Source: Rhodospirillales bacterium (GTDB lineage Bacteria > Pseudomonadota > Alphaproteobacteria > Acetobacterales > Acetobacteraceae). Taken from it: DNA of 64,000 nt. Below, one piece after another: positions 1 through 9,798 of the stretch; positions within the stretch are counted from its first letter, which is position 1; every line of letters begins with the position of its first letter. Location of the stretch: NCBI GenBank assembly GCA_028869595.1, contig JAGWRU010000053.1, positions 3,674-67,673 of the forward strand, in the 5' to 3' direction. Made by a program: the position numbers and the translations under genes. The notes below the pieces were generated by a model. It worked only from the letters and a program-made list of their open reading frames with translations, ran no database searches and was not told the origin of the DNA.

Positions 1-1283
1 CTGAGCGGGACACGATTTTCGCGCTTGCTTCGGGTGCCGCGATGGCGGCGGTGGCGGTGTTGCGCATCAGCGGCGCCGATAGCGGGCGAATCCTTGCCGC
101 GCTGGCCGGCGCGGTGCCGCCGCCGCGCCGTGCGTCGCTGCGCCGCTTGCGCGATGCGCGTGGGGAAACCCTGGATCGTGCCCTGGTGCTGTGGTTGCCC
201 GGACCCGGCAGCTTCACCGGCGAAGACGGGGCGGAACTGCATCTGCATGGCGGGCGCGCCGTGCTGGATGGCGTGTCGGCAGCCCTGGTCGCGCTGGGCG
301 CGCGGCCGGCGGAACCCGGGGAGTTCAGCCGCCGCGCTTTTCTGAACGGACGCATCGACCTGACCGAGGCGGAGGGCGTGGCTGATCTGGTTGCGGCCGA
401 AACCGCCGCGCAACGCCGTCAGGCATTGGCGCAGATGGAAGGCGGGCTGGCAGCACGGCTGACCGGCTGGGCGGATCGGTTGCGTCTTCTTCTGGCTGCG
501 TGCGAGGCGCGGATCGACTTCCCCGAGGAAGCGATGCCGGAAGAAGCCGAGGATGCGGCGCATGCGGAAATGCGGGTATTGGGCGCGGAAATGCAGGCGG
601 CGCTGGCGGAGGGCGCGCGCGCGGAGCGCCTGCGCGACGGGCTGGTATTCACGGTCGCCGGGGCGCCGAATGTCGGCAAATCATCGCTGGTGAACGCGCT
701 GGCCGGGGCGGAGATCGCCATCGTCTCGGCGATGCCGGGCACGACGCGCGATGTGCTGGAAACCCGGCTCGATCTTGGCGGTATTCCGGTGGCGTTGATC
801 GATACGGCGGGGCTGCGCGAAACCGATGATCCGATCGAGGCGGAGGGCGTGCGCCGCGCCCGTGCTCGCGCCGCCAGCGCCGATCTGGTGCTGGCGGTGG
901 GTTGCCCTGGCATTGCCGCGCCGGCGCATCCCGATGCGCTGGTGATCGCGAACAAGATCGATCTCGGCGGGACGGTGCCGGCGGGTGCGCTGGGCGTCAG
1001 CGCGCGCACCGGACAGGGAATGGCGGAGCTGCGGGCGGCGCTGGCGGAAGCGGCGCGGCGCCTGACGGCGGCAGGCAATCCCGCGCCGCTGACCCGCGCA
1101 CGTCATCGCGCCGCGCTGGCCGAGGCGACCGCCAGGCTGGAAGCGGCCGCATCGACCGATCTGGCGGAGCTGGCGGCGGAGGATTTGCGTCTGGCCTTGC
1201 GCGCGCTGGGACGGATCACCGGGATGGTCGGCGTGGAAGATCTGCTCGATACGATCTTCCGCGCTTTCTGCATCGGAAAATAG
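1..1283 (+). CDS. mnmE: tRNA modification GTPase MnmE (TrmE); 5' end cut by the window edge
   Basis: Frame is open from nt 3 (ERDTIFALASGAAMAAVAVLRISG, a typical MnmE N-terminus). G-domain motifs GAPNVGKSS, DTAGLR and NKID are present, with C-terminal FCIGK. The track ORF 42..1283 is only the internal-Met version. Confidence 0.93.
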   Translation, partial: ERDTIFALASGAAMAAVAVLRISGADSGRILAALAGAVPPPRRASLRRLRDARGETLDRALVLWLPGPGSFTGEDGAELHLHGGRAVLDGVSAALVALGARPAEPGEFSRRAFLNGRIDLTEAEGVADLVAAETAAQRRQALAQMEGGLAARLTGWADRLRLLLAACEARIDFPEEAMPEEAEDAAHAEMRVLGAEMQAALAEGARAERLRDGLVFTVAGAPNVGKSSLVNALAGAEIAIVSAMPGTTRDVLETRLDLGGIPVALIDTAGLRETDDPIEAEGVRRARARAASADLVLAVGCPGIAAPAHPDALVIANKIDLGGTVPAGALGVSARTGQGMAELRAALAEAARRLTAAGNPAPLTRARHRAALAEATARLEAAASTDLAELAAEDLRLALRALGRITGMVGVEDLLDTIFRAFCIGK

Positions 1284-1306
1284 ACCCCGCGAGAGGCCCG
1301 GCCGCG

Positions 1307-1579
1307 CTACCGGGCGGCGGCGGGACGCGGGCCTTGGCTGGGCATCTGGATGTCGATCTCCAGCGTCGAAATCGAATCCTGCCGATCGAGCTTGACCTGC
1401 ACCTTGTCGCTTTCCACGGCGATATGCTTCGCGATCACAGCCAGGATTTCTTCCTTCAGGATAGCGACGAGATCGGTCTTGCCGGTCAGCGTGCGCTCAT
1501 GCGCCAGCAGGATCTGCAGCCGCTCTCGCGCGACAGGGGCGGAGGAGCGGCGGTTGAAGAAGGCGAGCAGCGATTTCAT
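1307..1579 (-). CDS. minE: cell division topological specificity factor MinE
   Basis: 90 aa. N-terminus MKSLLAFFNRRSSAPVARERLQILLAHER is the conserved MinE membrane-targeting/MinD-contact region. Its start overlaps the minD stop (ATGA). Confidence 0.9.
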   Translation of the reverse strand: MKSLLAFFNRRSSAPVARERLQILLAHERTLTGKTDLVAILKEEILAVIAKHIAVESDKVQVKLDRQDSISTLEIDIQMPSQGPRPAAAR

Positions 1580-2391
1580 GCAACCCTCCGGCCGAACAGG
1601 CGACCGAACAATCCCTTCTTTTCGCCCGGCACGGACATCGCGACGGTCTCTCCCTTCAGCCGGCGCACGGCATCGAAATAGGCGCGCGCCGGGGCGCTGT
1701 CGGGATTGCTGAGCGTGACCGGAGAGCCGAGGTTGGAGGCGCGCAACACCTCCTCGCTTTCCGGGATGATGCCCAGCAGCGGGATCGAAAGGATCTCGAT
1801 GACGTCTTCGGTTTTCAGCATCTCGCCGCGCGTCGCACGGCCCAGATCGTAGCGGGTGATCAGCAGGTGCTTCTCCACCTTCTCGCCCTTGGTGGCGCGG
1901 ATCGTCTTGCTGTCCAGCAGGCCGATGATGCGGTCGGAGTCACGAACCGACGACACTTCGGGATTGGTCACCACCACCGCCGTGTCGGCATGCAGCATGG
2001 CAAGCTGCGCGCCCTTCTCGATCCCGGCGGGGCTGTCGCAGATCACCCAGTCGAATTTTTCCTTGAGTTCCTCGATCACCCGGCTGACGCCCTCGGCCGA
2101 CAGCGCATCCTTGTCGCGGGTCTGCGAGGCGGGCAGGAGCGATAAGGTTTCGATCCGCTTGTCGCGCACCAATGCCTGGGCGAGTTTCGCATCGCCCTGC
2201 ACGACATTGACCAGATCGAACACCACACGGCGCTCCGCGCCCATGATCAGGTCGAGATTGCGCAGCCCGACATCGAAATCGACGACGACGACTTTCTGCC
2301 CCCCCTGGGCGAGCGCCGCGCCGATGGCAGCGGTGGTCGTGGTTTTACCCACGCCGCCCTTGCCGGATGTGACGACCACCACACGGGCCAT
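1576..2391 (-). CDS. minD: septum site-determining ATPase MinD
   Basis: 271 aa with the deviant Walker A SGKGGVGKTTTTAAIG and ParA/MinD-family length. Lies between minC and minE. Confidence 0.95.
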   Translation of the reverse strand: MARVVVVTSGKGGVGKTTTTAAIGAALAQGGQKVVVVDFDVGLRNLDLIMGAERRVVFDLVNVVQGDAKLAQALVRDKRIETLSLLPASQTRDKDALSAEGVSRVIEELKEKFDWVICDSPAGIEKGAQLAMLHADTAVVVTNPEVSSVRDSDRIIGLLDSKTIRATKGEKVEKHLLITRYDLGRATRGEMLKTEDVIEILSIPLLGIIPESEEVLRASNLGSPVTLSNPDSAPARAYFDAVRRLKGETVAMSVPGEKKGLFGRLFGRRVA

Positions 2392-2415
2392 ATCAGAATC
2401 CTTCCCCCAAAAGCA

Positions 2416-3189
2416 TCAATCGAGCACGGCCATCATCATGACCTCTCCGGCAAGCCAGGCCTGGACGGCGCGTCCGCGCAGGGCGCGGTCCATGTCGTCG
2501 GCGGTGCGATACAGGCCGTCGATGGCGATCAGTTCCGCTTCCATCTTGCGGCAGAAAATACGCGCCTTGGCATTGCCGGCGCTGCCGGCGACGGCGCGTC
2601 CGCGCAGCGTGCCATAGACATGGATCGATCCACCGGCGATCACCTCGGCGCCGGAGGCGACGGAGCCGACGATGATCACATCTCCCTCGGGGAAGGCGAC
2701 GGTCTGACCGGAGCGGACCGGGCTATCGATGAGCAGTGACCGCGGCTCCGGTTCCGGCGGCGGTTTGGCCGGCGTGCTGACCGGGGCGAGGGCGATGCCC
2801 TGGCCGGCGCCGGCCAGGGCAGGCAGGCCGGCAGTTTCCGCGACCCCCCAATTCGCCGCCGCCCCTTCCGTGCCGATCAGGCGGATATTGCGCCGGCGCA
2901 ATTCCCCGATCAGCGGGGCGAGGCCGGGATTTTCCCGCGGCAGGCCGGTCAGGTCGAGGACGACGGGCTTGCCCTCGAAAAATGCCGGCGAGCGGGCGAT
3001 CTGCGCATCGAGCGCCACCAGCCACGCATCGAGCGGCGGTTCGGGGGCGAGCAGCACCGCCATGAAGCTGCGCCCACGGACGCGGATGGTCGGGGGAGGA
3101 GACGCGACGCGTGTCACGATGGGAAAGCCCGCCTGGAGAAAACACGCCGAATTTACCACATACTGTGGCCTATCAAGCGAGGATAACAC
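2416..3189 (-). CDS. minC: septum site-determining protein MinC (start uncertain)
   Basis: C-terminal beta-helix repeat region GDVIIVGSVASGAEVIAGGSIHVYGTLRGRAVAG. Directly upstream of minD on the same strand. The ORF-track start is a GTG, and the true start may lie up to ~30 codons downstream. Confidence 0.85.
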   Translation of the reverse strand: MLSSLDRPQYVVNSACFLQAGFPIVTRVASPPPTIRVRGRSFMAVLLAPEPPLDAWLVALDAQIARSPAFFEGKPVVLDLTGLPRENPGLAPLIGELRRRNIRLIGTEGAAANWGVAETAGLPALAGAGQGIALAPVSTPAKPPPEPEPRSLLIDSPVRSGQTVAFPEGDVIIVGSVASGAEVIAGGSIHVYGTLRGRAVAGSAGNAKARIFCRKMEAELIAIDGLYRTADDMDRALRGRAVQAWLAGEVMMMAVLD

Positions 3190-3246
3190 TACCAGTAGTT
3201 AATCCGGGGGGAAAGAGCGAATATCGGCAAAGCCCCGAACGATCCG

Positions 3247-3909
3247 TCAGACCGGCCCCGATCCTTCGTCTCGCCCCGATCCTTCATCGCGTGCGGCCAT
3301 GTCGGCCAGCATGCGCTTTTCGTGGCGGCGCACCAGCAGGAAAGCGATGATCAGCGCGGCGATGCCGAGGGCGCCCAGCACCATGCTCATGGGGCCGGCA
3401 ACCGCTTTCATGGTGTGGCCCAGCATGAAGCCGGCAACACCGTACAGCCCGGCCCAGGCCACGCTGCCGGCGACATTCGCGGCGGTGAAGCGCGCGCAGC
3501 TCATTTCCGTGATGCCGGCCAGCAAGCCCGCGACGGAGCGCAGAATGGCAATGAAGCGGCCGAAGAAAACCACTTTTTCACCGTGGCGGCTGAACAGATC
3601 GTGGCCCAGCATGACGCGTGGCGGCGTCAGCCCGATATAGCGCCCATAACGATGCAGAAGCGCGGTGCCCAGGCTGCGCCCGATCAGGAAGGCCGCTGTC
3701 TGGCCCAGCACCGATCCCAGGATGGCGGCCAGGATCACCAGGCTGATATGCAGCTGATGCGACGTGCCGGCATAGACCGAGGCCGCGACCAGCAGCGTTT
3801 CCCCCGGCAGGGGAAGGCCGACGCATTCCAGCCCAATGATCACCCCCAGCGCGCTATAGCCGTACTGGTGGAGCAGCCCGATCATCCAGGCATGGGAAAA
3901 GAGGGTCAT
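3247..3909 (-). CDS. DedA family inner-membrane protein
   Basis: 220 aa, multi-TM, with the DedA signature region [24 protein letters not shown] and [10 protein letters not shown]. Confidence 0.8.
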   Translation of the reverse strand: MTLFSHAWMIGLLHQYGYSALGVIIGLECVGLPLPGETLLVAASVYAGTSHQLHISLVILAAILGSVLGQTAAFLIGRSLGTALLHRYGRYIGLTPPRVMLGHDLFSRHGEKVVFFGRFIAILRSVAGLLAGITEMSCARFTAANVAGSVAWAGLYGVAGFMLGHTMKAVAGPMSMVLGALGIAALIIAFLLVRRHEKRMLADMAARDEGSGRDEGSGPV

Positions 3910-4051
3910 AAGAGCGCCGCAGAAGGGGAAGCCGACCCGCCAGCCGGCCTGTCTGCTTAAACTACGCCGCCCCGCCGCGAAACCCCGAGCGCTGGGGATC
4001 GCGCGGGAAATCTGCTATAGGCCGCGCAATTCCTGGCAGGCGGCGGATGAT

Positions 4052-5917
4052 ATGAATTCCGGCTTCGATGTGATCGTGGTGGGCGGCGGGCATGCCGGGT
4101 GTGAGGCGGCGGCGGCGGCGGCGCGCATGGGCGCGCGCACCCTGCTGCTGACCCATCGGATCGCAACGATCGGCGAAATGTCCTGCAATCCCTCCATCGG
4201 CGGCATCGGCAAGGGCCATCTGGTGCGGGAGATCGACGCGTTGGACGGGTTGATGGGCCGCGCTGCCGATCGGGCGGGGATTCACTTCAAGCTGCTCAAT
4301 CGCAGCAAGGGGCCGGCGGTGCGCGGGCCGCGCGCGCAGGCGGATCGGGCGCTGTATCGCCGCGCCATGGCCGATCTGCTGGCTGAGACGCCCGGGCTTT
4401 CGATCCGCGAAGGCGCGGCGGAAGATCTGGTGCTGGACGCTGCCGGCGCGGTGGCAGCGGTGGTTCTGGGTGATGGCGAACGCATTCCCTGCGGTGCGGT
4501 CGTGCTGACGACGGGGACGTTTCTGCGCGGCGTCATTTATATCGGTGAGGAGAAAACCCCAGCCGGACGGGTGGGAGAGGCGCCGAGCCTGGGGCTGGCG
4601 GCGACGCTCGCGCGGCTTTCTTTGCCGATGGGGCGGCTGAAAACCGGCACGCCCCCGCGCCTCGACCGCCGCAGCCTGGATTGGGACGCGCTGCCTGTCG
4701 ATCCTGGTGATGCCGAGCCCGAACCGTTCAGCACCATGACGACGGCGCTGCCCACCGCGCGTGTGGCCTGCCGGATGACCGCGACCACCCCGGCGACGCA
4801 TGCGCTGATCCGGGCCAATCTGCACCGCTCCGCCGTCTATGGCGGGCATATCGAAGGGGTGGGGCCGCGCTACTGTCCTTCGATCGAGGATAAGGTCGTC
4901 CGCTTCGCGGCGCGGGAAAGCCACGCGATCTTCCTGGAGCCGGAAGGGCTGGATGACGACACGGTCTATCCCAACGGTATTTCGACCAGCCTGCCGGCGG
5001 CGGTGCAGCAGGCGATCCTGGCGACCATTCCGGGGCTGGAGAAGGCGCGGATGATCCGCCCGGGCTATGCCATCGAGTATGATTACGTCGATCCGCGTGC
5101 CCTGACGCCGGGGCTGGAGCTGCGCGCTTTGCCGCGCCTGTTTCTGGCAGGGCAGATCAACGGCACCACCGGTTATGAGGAGGCGGCGGCGCAGGGTGTG
5201 CTGGCCGGGATCAATGCCGCCCGCAAGGCCGCAGGGCAGGGGGCGGTGACGCTGGATCGGGCGGAAGCCTATCTCGGCGTGCTGGCCGATGATCTGACCA
5301 CCCAAGGCGTCAGCGAGCCGTATCGGATGTTCACCTCCCGCGCGGAGTTCCGGCTAAGCCTGCGCGCCGATAATGCCGATCTGCGCCTGACCTCGCACGG
5401 CATCGCCTGGGGCTGCGTCGGCGCGACGCGCGCGGCGGCCTTCACCCGGCACGCCGAAGCGGTGGCAGCGCTGCGCGCGCGCGCCATGCAGGAAGGGGCG
5501 CTGCCCTCCGCATTGCGGGCGGCCGGCTTGACCATGCCGCGCGATGGCGGCTGGCGCTCGGTCATGGAGTTGCTGGCCCAGGAGCAGACGGAGCCGGACG
5601 CCTTGGCGCGCGCCTTTCCCTGGCTGCATGACGCCGATCCCCGCGCCCTGACCCAAATCCGGACGGAGGCCCGCTATGCCGGCTATCTCCGCCGTCAGGA
5701 TGCCGATATCCGCGACTTCCGGCGAGAGGAGGCGGTCAGCCTTGCGGGGATCGATTTTGCCGCGGTCGGTGGCTTGTCCACCGAATTGCGCGACAAGCTG
5801 CATCGCGCGCAGCCCGCTTCCCTCGGCGCGGCGGCGCGGGTTCAGGGGATGACGCCCGCCGCCCTGGCCGCGCTGCTGGCCCATCTGCGCCATCAGCCCA
5901 ATCGTTCCGCCGCGTGA
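4052..5917 (+). CDS. mnmG: tRNA uridine-5-carboxymethylaminomethyl synthesis enzyme MnmG (GidA)
   Basis: 621 aa. FAD dinucleotide fold [16 protein letters not shown], then [11 protein letters not shown] and [16 protein letters not shown]. Confidence 0.97.
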   Translation: MNSGFDVIVVGGGHAGCEAAAAAARMGARTLLLTHRIATIGEMSCNPSIGGIGKGHLVREIDALDGLMGRAADRAGIHFKLLNRSKGPAVRGPRAQADRALYRRAMADLLAETPGLSIREGAAEDLVLDAAGAVAAVVLGDGERIPCGAVVLTTGTFLRGVIYIGEEKTPAGRVGEAPSLGLAATLARLSLPMGRLKTGTPPRLDRRSLDWDALPVDPGDAEPEPFSTMTTALPTARVACRMTATTPATHALIRANLHRSAVYGGHIEGVGPRYCPSIEDKVVRFAARESHAIFLEPEGLDDDTVYPNGISTSLPAAVQQAILATIPGLEKARMIRPGYAIEYDYVDPRALTPGLELRALPRLFLAGQINGTTGYEEAAAQGVLAGINAARKAAGQGAVTLDRAEAYLGVLADDLTTQGVSEPYRMFTSRAEFRLSLRADNADLRLTSHGIAWGCVGATRAAAFTRHAEAVAALRARAMQEGALPSALRAAGLTMPRDGGWRSVMELLAQEQTEPDALARAFPWLHDADPRALTQIRTEARYAGYLRRQDADIRDFRREEAVSLAGIDFAAVGGLSTELRDKLHRAQPASLGAAARVQGMTPAALAALLAHLRHQPNRSAA

Positions 5918-5926
5918 GCGCTTCAC

Positions 5927-6547
5927 GTGGAGCATAATTCGCCGTCGAACAATGCTTCCCGTGAAGCGGGAACCATGGCGTGGGATCAAGCGGGCTTCAC
6001 CACGCTGTTCCTGAAATGGAATCGCCGCCTCAATCTGATCGCGCGCGGGGATGAGGGGGCGTTGGCTAGCCGCCATATCGAGGATTCCCTGCAATTGGTG
6101 CCGCTGATCCCGCGCGGTGTCACGCGTGCCATCGATCTGGGCAGCGGCGGCGGGTTTCCGGGTCTGGTGTTGGCGCTGGCGACCGGCATTGCCTTCGAGC
6201 TGGTGGAATCCGATCAGCGCAAATGCGCCTTTCTGCGAGAGGCCGCGCAGCGCCTGTCCGCCCCGGCGCGTGTGCATCCCGTGCGGATCGAGGCCGCCAC
6301 GATCGCGCCTGCGCCGCTGGTCACGGCGCGCGCGTTGGCACCGCTGGAGTTACTGCTTGGGTACGCCGCGCCGCTGCTGGCGCCGGGGGGCTGCTGCCTG
6401 TTTCTGAAAGGCGCGCGCGTGGCGGCGGAATTGACGGCGGCCGAGGCACGATGGCACATGCGGGTGGAACGCTTCCCCAGCCGCACCGCGCCGGATGCGA
6501 CCATCCTGCGGATCAGCGAGATCGCCCGTGTCCCAACGCAACCCTGA
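5927..6547 (+). CDS. rsmG: 16S rRNA (guanine527-N7)-methyltransferase RsmG (GidB); start uncertain (GTG 5927 or ATG 5975)
   Basis: KWNRRLNLIA, the SAM-binding motif DLGSGGGFPGLVLA, and its position between mnmG and parA. Confidence 0.88.
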   Translation: MEHNSPSNNASREAGTMAWDQAGFTTLFLKWNRRLNLIARGDEGALASRHIEDSLQLVPLIPRGVTRAIDLGSGGGFPGLVLALATGIAFELVESDQRKCAFLREAAQRLSAPARVHPVRIEAATIAPAPLVTARALAPLELLLGYAAPLLAPGGCCLFLKGARVAAELTAAEARWHMRVERFPSRTAPDATILRISEIARVPTQP

Positions 6548-7355
6548 CCTTGCCCCCCCAGCCGGTTCGGCGCGGGTTCTGGCCGTTGCCAATCAGAAGG
6601 GCGGGGTCGGCAAAACGACGACGGCGATCAACCTGGCGACCGCCCTGGCCGCGGTCGGGCAGACCGTGCTGCTGGTCGATCTCGATCCGCAGGGCAATGC
6701 CTCGACCGGCCTGGGCATTTCGCGCACCGATCGCGCGCGGGGCGTCTATCGCCTGATCGTGGAGGAAATGCCCGCCCAGGATGCACTGCGGGCGAGTTTC
6801 ATTCCCGGCCTGTCGCTGCTGCCGGCCGAGCCGGATCTGGCGGGGGCGGAGATCGAGCTGGTAGCCCTGGATCGGCGCGAATTTCGCTTGCGCGACGGCC
6901 TGGCGCCGATACGCAGCCGCTTCGATTTCATCCTGATCGATTGTCCGCCCAGCCTGGGATTGCTGACCCTGAATGCGCTGGCGGCGGCGGATGCGGTGCT
7001 GGTGCCGCTGCAATGCGAGTTCTTCGCGCTGGAAGGGATCACCCAGCTGGTCCGCACCATCGATCTGGTCAAGCGCGGGCTGAACCCCGCGCTGCACCTG
7101 CAAGGGATCGTGCTGACCATGTTCGACCGGCGCAACAACCTCTCCGAACTCGTCGCTTCCGATGCGCGCGGGTTTTTCGGCGATCGCGTCTATGACACGG
7201 TGATCCCGCGCAATATCCGCGTCTCCGAAGCGCCCAGCCACGGCAAGCCGGTGCTGCTCTATGATTTCCGATCGCCGGGCGCGCAGGCCTATGTGCGCCT
7301 GGCCGGTGAAGTGCTCCGTCGTGAACGCCCAGCCCCCCCCGAGGCCCCCCGATGA
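6495..7355 (+). CDS. parA: chromosome partitioning ATPase ParA (start uncertain; GTG at 6528 also possible)
   Basis: Deviant Walker A VANQKGGVGKTTTAINLA, then DLDPQGNAS and IDCPPSLG. Its stop overlaps the parB start (ATGA). Confidence 0.92.
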   Translation: MRPSCGSARSPVSQRNPDLAPPAGSARVLAVANQKGGVGKTTTAINLATALAAVGQTVLLVDLDPQGNASTGLGISRTDRARGVYRLIVEEMPAQDALRASFIPGLSLLPAEPDLAGAEIELVALDRREFRLRDGLAPIRSRFDFILIDCPPSLGLLTLNALAAADAVLVPLQCEFFALEGITQLVRTIDLVKRGLNPALHLQGIVLTMFDRRNNLSELVASDARGFFGDRVYDTVIPRNIRVSEAPSHGKPVLLYDFRSPGAQAYVRLAGEVLRRERPAPPEAPR

Positions 7356-8212
7356 ACGCCCGCGAAACCAGTCCGCGCCTCGGTCGCGGCCTCGCCGCCC
7401 TGTTGGGAGAGGCGACGATGAACGCCGACAGTGCCGCAACCACGCGCGCATTGGCGGTCGATATGCTGGAGCCCAGCCCGTTCCAGCCGCGCGGCGACAT
7501 GAACCCCGAGGCGCTGGCCGAGCTTGCCGCATCGATCAAAGCAAGTGGCGTGTTGCAGCCTTTGCTGGTGCGTGCCCACCCGGAGGTGCCGGGGCGCTAT
7601 CAGATCATTGCCGGGGAGCGGCGCTGGCGGGCCGCCCAGGCCGCCGGCCTGCACGAGGTGCCGGCTCTGGTGCGGGTGCTGAACGATACCGAGGCGATGG
7701 CCGCTGCCCTGGTGGAAAACCTCCAGCGTCAGGATTTGAACGCGATGGAGGAGGCTGCCGGCTATGAGCGGCTGGTCGAGGAATTCGGCCTTACCCAGGA
7801 AGCGCTGGCCGGCGCGGTGGGCAAGTCGCGCAGCCATGTCGGCAATACGATGCGCCTGCTGGCGCTGCCCGCGCCGGTGCGCAACATGGTGGCCAATGGT
7901 ACGCTCACGGCCGGGCATGCGCGCGCGCTGCTGACCCACCCCGATCCGGAGCAGGCGGCCATCGTCGTGCTGGCGCGCGACATGAGCGTGCGCGAGACCG
8001 AGGCCTTCGTCGCCCGGCCGCAGGCGCCGGCACGCGCGCGCGGTACTGGCGCGACCGGACGCAGCAACCCCGATATCGCGGATCTGGAGCGGCGCCTTTC
8101 CGAACATCTGGGCCTGCGGGTGGAGGTTTCGGCGCGCGGCCAGGCGGGCACGATGCGGATCCATTTCCGCACGCTGGATCAGCTGGATGCGTTGATTACC
8201 AAACTAAGCTGA
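7352..8212 (+). CDS. parB: chromosome partitioning protein ParB
   Basis: LGRGLAALLGE, QPRGDMNPEALAELAASIKASGVLQPLLVR, and the arginine patch IIAGERRWRAA. Confidence 0.93.
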   Translation: MNARETSPRLGRGLAALLGEATMNADSAATTRALAVDMLEPSPFQPRGDMNPEALAELAASIKASGVLQPLLVRAHPEVPGRYQIIAGERRWRAAQAAGLHEVPALVRVLNDTEAMAAALVENLQRQDLNAMEEAAGYERLVEEFGLTQEALAGAVGKSRSHVGNTMRLLALPAPVRNMVANGTLTAGHARALLTHPDPEQAAIVVLARDMSVRETEAFVARPQAPARARGTGATGRSNPDIADLERRLSEHLGLRVEVSARGQAGTMRIHFRTLDQLDALITKLS

Positions 8213-8215
8213 TGG

Positions 8216-9235
8216 TCAGCCCCGCGGTCGAGCCGCCGCGGCCGCGCGACGGGCGATGGTCAGCACGGCGTTGCGGCAGATCGTGTCATCGGGCGCGCCG
8301 GTGCGTTTGCAGGCCCGTTCCGCCTCGTTCAGCCCCAGCATCGCCGCGCGCAGCGCGGTAGGCGACCACAGCGACAAAGCGCGGGTGAAGGCCGGCACGC
8401 GGCGGAAGAAAACCGGCGGGCGGGCGCTGCGGGCCGCCTCCGCGGCGGGCGTGCCTTCGGCGACCGAGAGCGCCACACGATGCAACCGGTCGAGATGCGA
8501 CAGCGCGGTCCGCAACACGCCGACCGGGCTGGCGCCCTCGGCCATGGCCTGCTCCAGGGCACGATCGGCCATCGCCACCTGGCCGGCTGTTGCTGCAAAT
8601 AAGGCATCATCCAGCGACAGCCCGGCCAGATCGCCCACCGAGGCACGCGCCATCTCCAGATCCACCACGCCGCCCGTGCCCGCATACAGCGCCATCTTCG
8701 CCACTTCCTGGCGGGTCGAGGCGCGGTCGGCACCAAGCTGCCCGGCGACCCAGTGCAACGCCTCCTCCTCGATCCGCACATCCGCCTCACGCAGCCCGGC
8801 GCGGATGGTTTCCTCCAGCGCGCGGCCTTCCTCGGGGTAGCAAGCGATGGCGGCGGCGTCTTGTGCCGCCTCGACCAGCTTCTTCAGCGCCGAACGCGCG
8901 GTCAGGCTGCCGGCCTCCAGCACCACCAGCGCCGTACCGGGACCGGCCAGCGCGGCCTCGGCCGGCTTGGCCGCGGCCTCGCCCGCCTCGCGCACCCGCA
9001 CCACGCGCCGCCCGCCCATCAGGGATTGCGATGCCGCCTCCTCTGGCAGGCGGGAGAGGTCGGCAGGATCCAGTTCGCTGACCCGGAACGGATCGTCCAG
9101 CGCACCGGCAACGGCGCGCACCAGCGTTTCCGCCCGTTCCCGGATCAGGCCGCTATCCTCGCCATGCAGCAGCACCATCCGCGTCGCGCCGGGATCGCGC
9201 AGGAAAGCCTCCACCCGGCGCGCATCGAGCTTCAT
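8216..9235 (-). CDS. holA: DNA polymerase III subunit delta HolA
   Basis: ~339 aa starting at MKLDARRVEAFLRDPG...VLLHGEDSGL. Lies 2 nt downstream of the lptE stop in the conserved leuS-lptE-holA order. The track ORF extends 16 codons further upstream. Confidence 0.8.
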   Translation of the reverse strand: MKLDARRVEAFLRDPGATRMVLLHGEDSGLIRERAETLVRAVAGALDDPFRVSELDPADLSRLPEEAASQSLMGGRRVVRVREAGEAAAKPAEAALAGPGTALVVLEAGSLTARSALKKLVEAAQDAAAIACYPEEGRALEETIRAGLREADVRIEEEALHWVAGQLGADRASTRQEVAKMALYAGTGGVVDLEMARASVGDLAGLSLDDALFAATAGQVAMADRALEQAMAEGASPVGVLRTALSHLDRLHRVALSVAEGTPAAEAARSARPPVFFRRVPAFTRALSLWSPTALRAAMLGLNEAERACKRTGAPDDTICRNAVLTIARRAAAAARPRG

Positions 9236-9237
9236 GC

Positions 9238-9798
9238 CTATTGCTCGGCGGCGCGTGCCGCGTCGGGATGTTCGTCGAACCACGAGGCCAGTTGCAGCGT
9301 GATCTGGCTCGCGATCGCCTCGGCCATGCGCTTGGTCACGGCCTCGTTCTCGAGATCGGCGGCAAAATATTGCTGATTGAGGATATCGAAGGCATCGACG
9401 TCCCGCGCGCTGCCGGTCTGGATGGTTTTCGGTTCGGTGGTGTTGGTCTGCAGCGTCCAGTTGGCGTGGGCGATCAGGCGCACGCGGGTCGTGTTGTCGT
9501 CGGGTTGAATGGCGATGCCCTCGCCATTGATCCAGAACACCACCCCCAGACGGTATTTCGCCCCGGTCAGCGAGCCGTCACCCTCCAGGCGCTGCTGCAG
9601 CGCCTGACGCAGCAGCATGCCGGGCCGGCCGGGAATGACCGAGACCGTGACATTCGCCAATTCGCGCGTTGCCGGCCCGACCGAGCCGTCGGGATTGCGG
9701 CCATAGACCGGATGAAAGCCGCAACCGCCCAGGGCGGCCAGCGCCGCAAGCAGCGCGCCGTGCCGAAGGAACCCGCGCCGTGTCCGCGCGGCGGCCAT
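9238..9798 (-). CDS. lptE: LPS-assembly lipoprotein LptE
   Basis: 186 aa with lipobox LAALGGC followed by GFHPVYG. Starts immediately after the leuS stop. Confidence 0.7.
   Translation of the reverse strand: MAAARTRRGFLRHGALLAALAALGGCGFHPVYGRNPDGSVGPATRELANVTVSVIPGRPGMLLRQALQQRLEGDGSLTGAKYRLGVVFWINGEGIAIQPDDNTTRVRLIAHANWTLQTNTTEPKTIQTGSARDVDAFDILNQQYFAADLENEAVTKRMAEAIASQITLQLASWFDEHPDAARAAEQ

Noticed and set aside
3141-3158. A DnaA-box-like TTTACCACA next to a CCACA-TAC-TGTGG palindrome near the minC 5' end. I also considered whether oriC lies in this parAB-proximal window.
   Set aside because: It is a single degenerate box (2 mismatches to TTATCCACA). There is no cluster of boxes and no adjacent AT-rich unwinding element. 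I could not support an origin call anywhere in the window.
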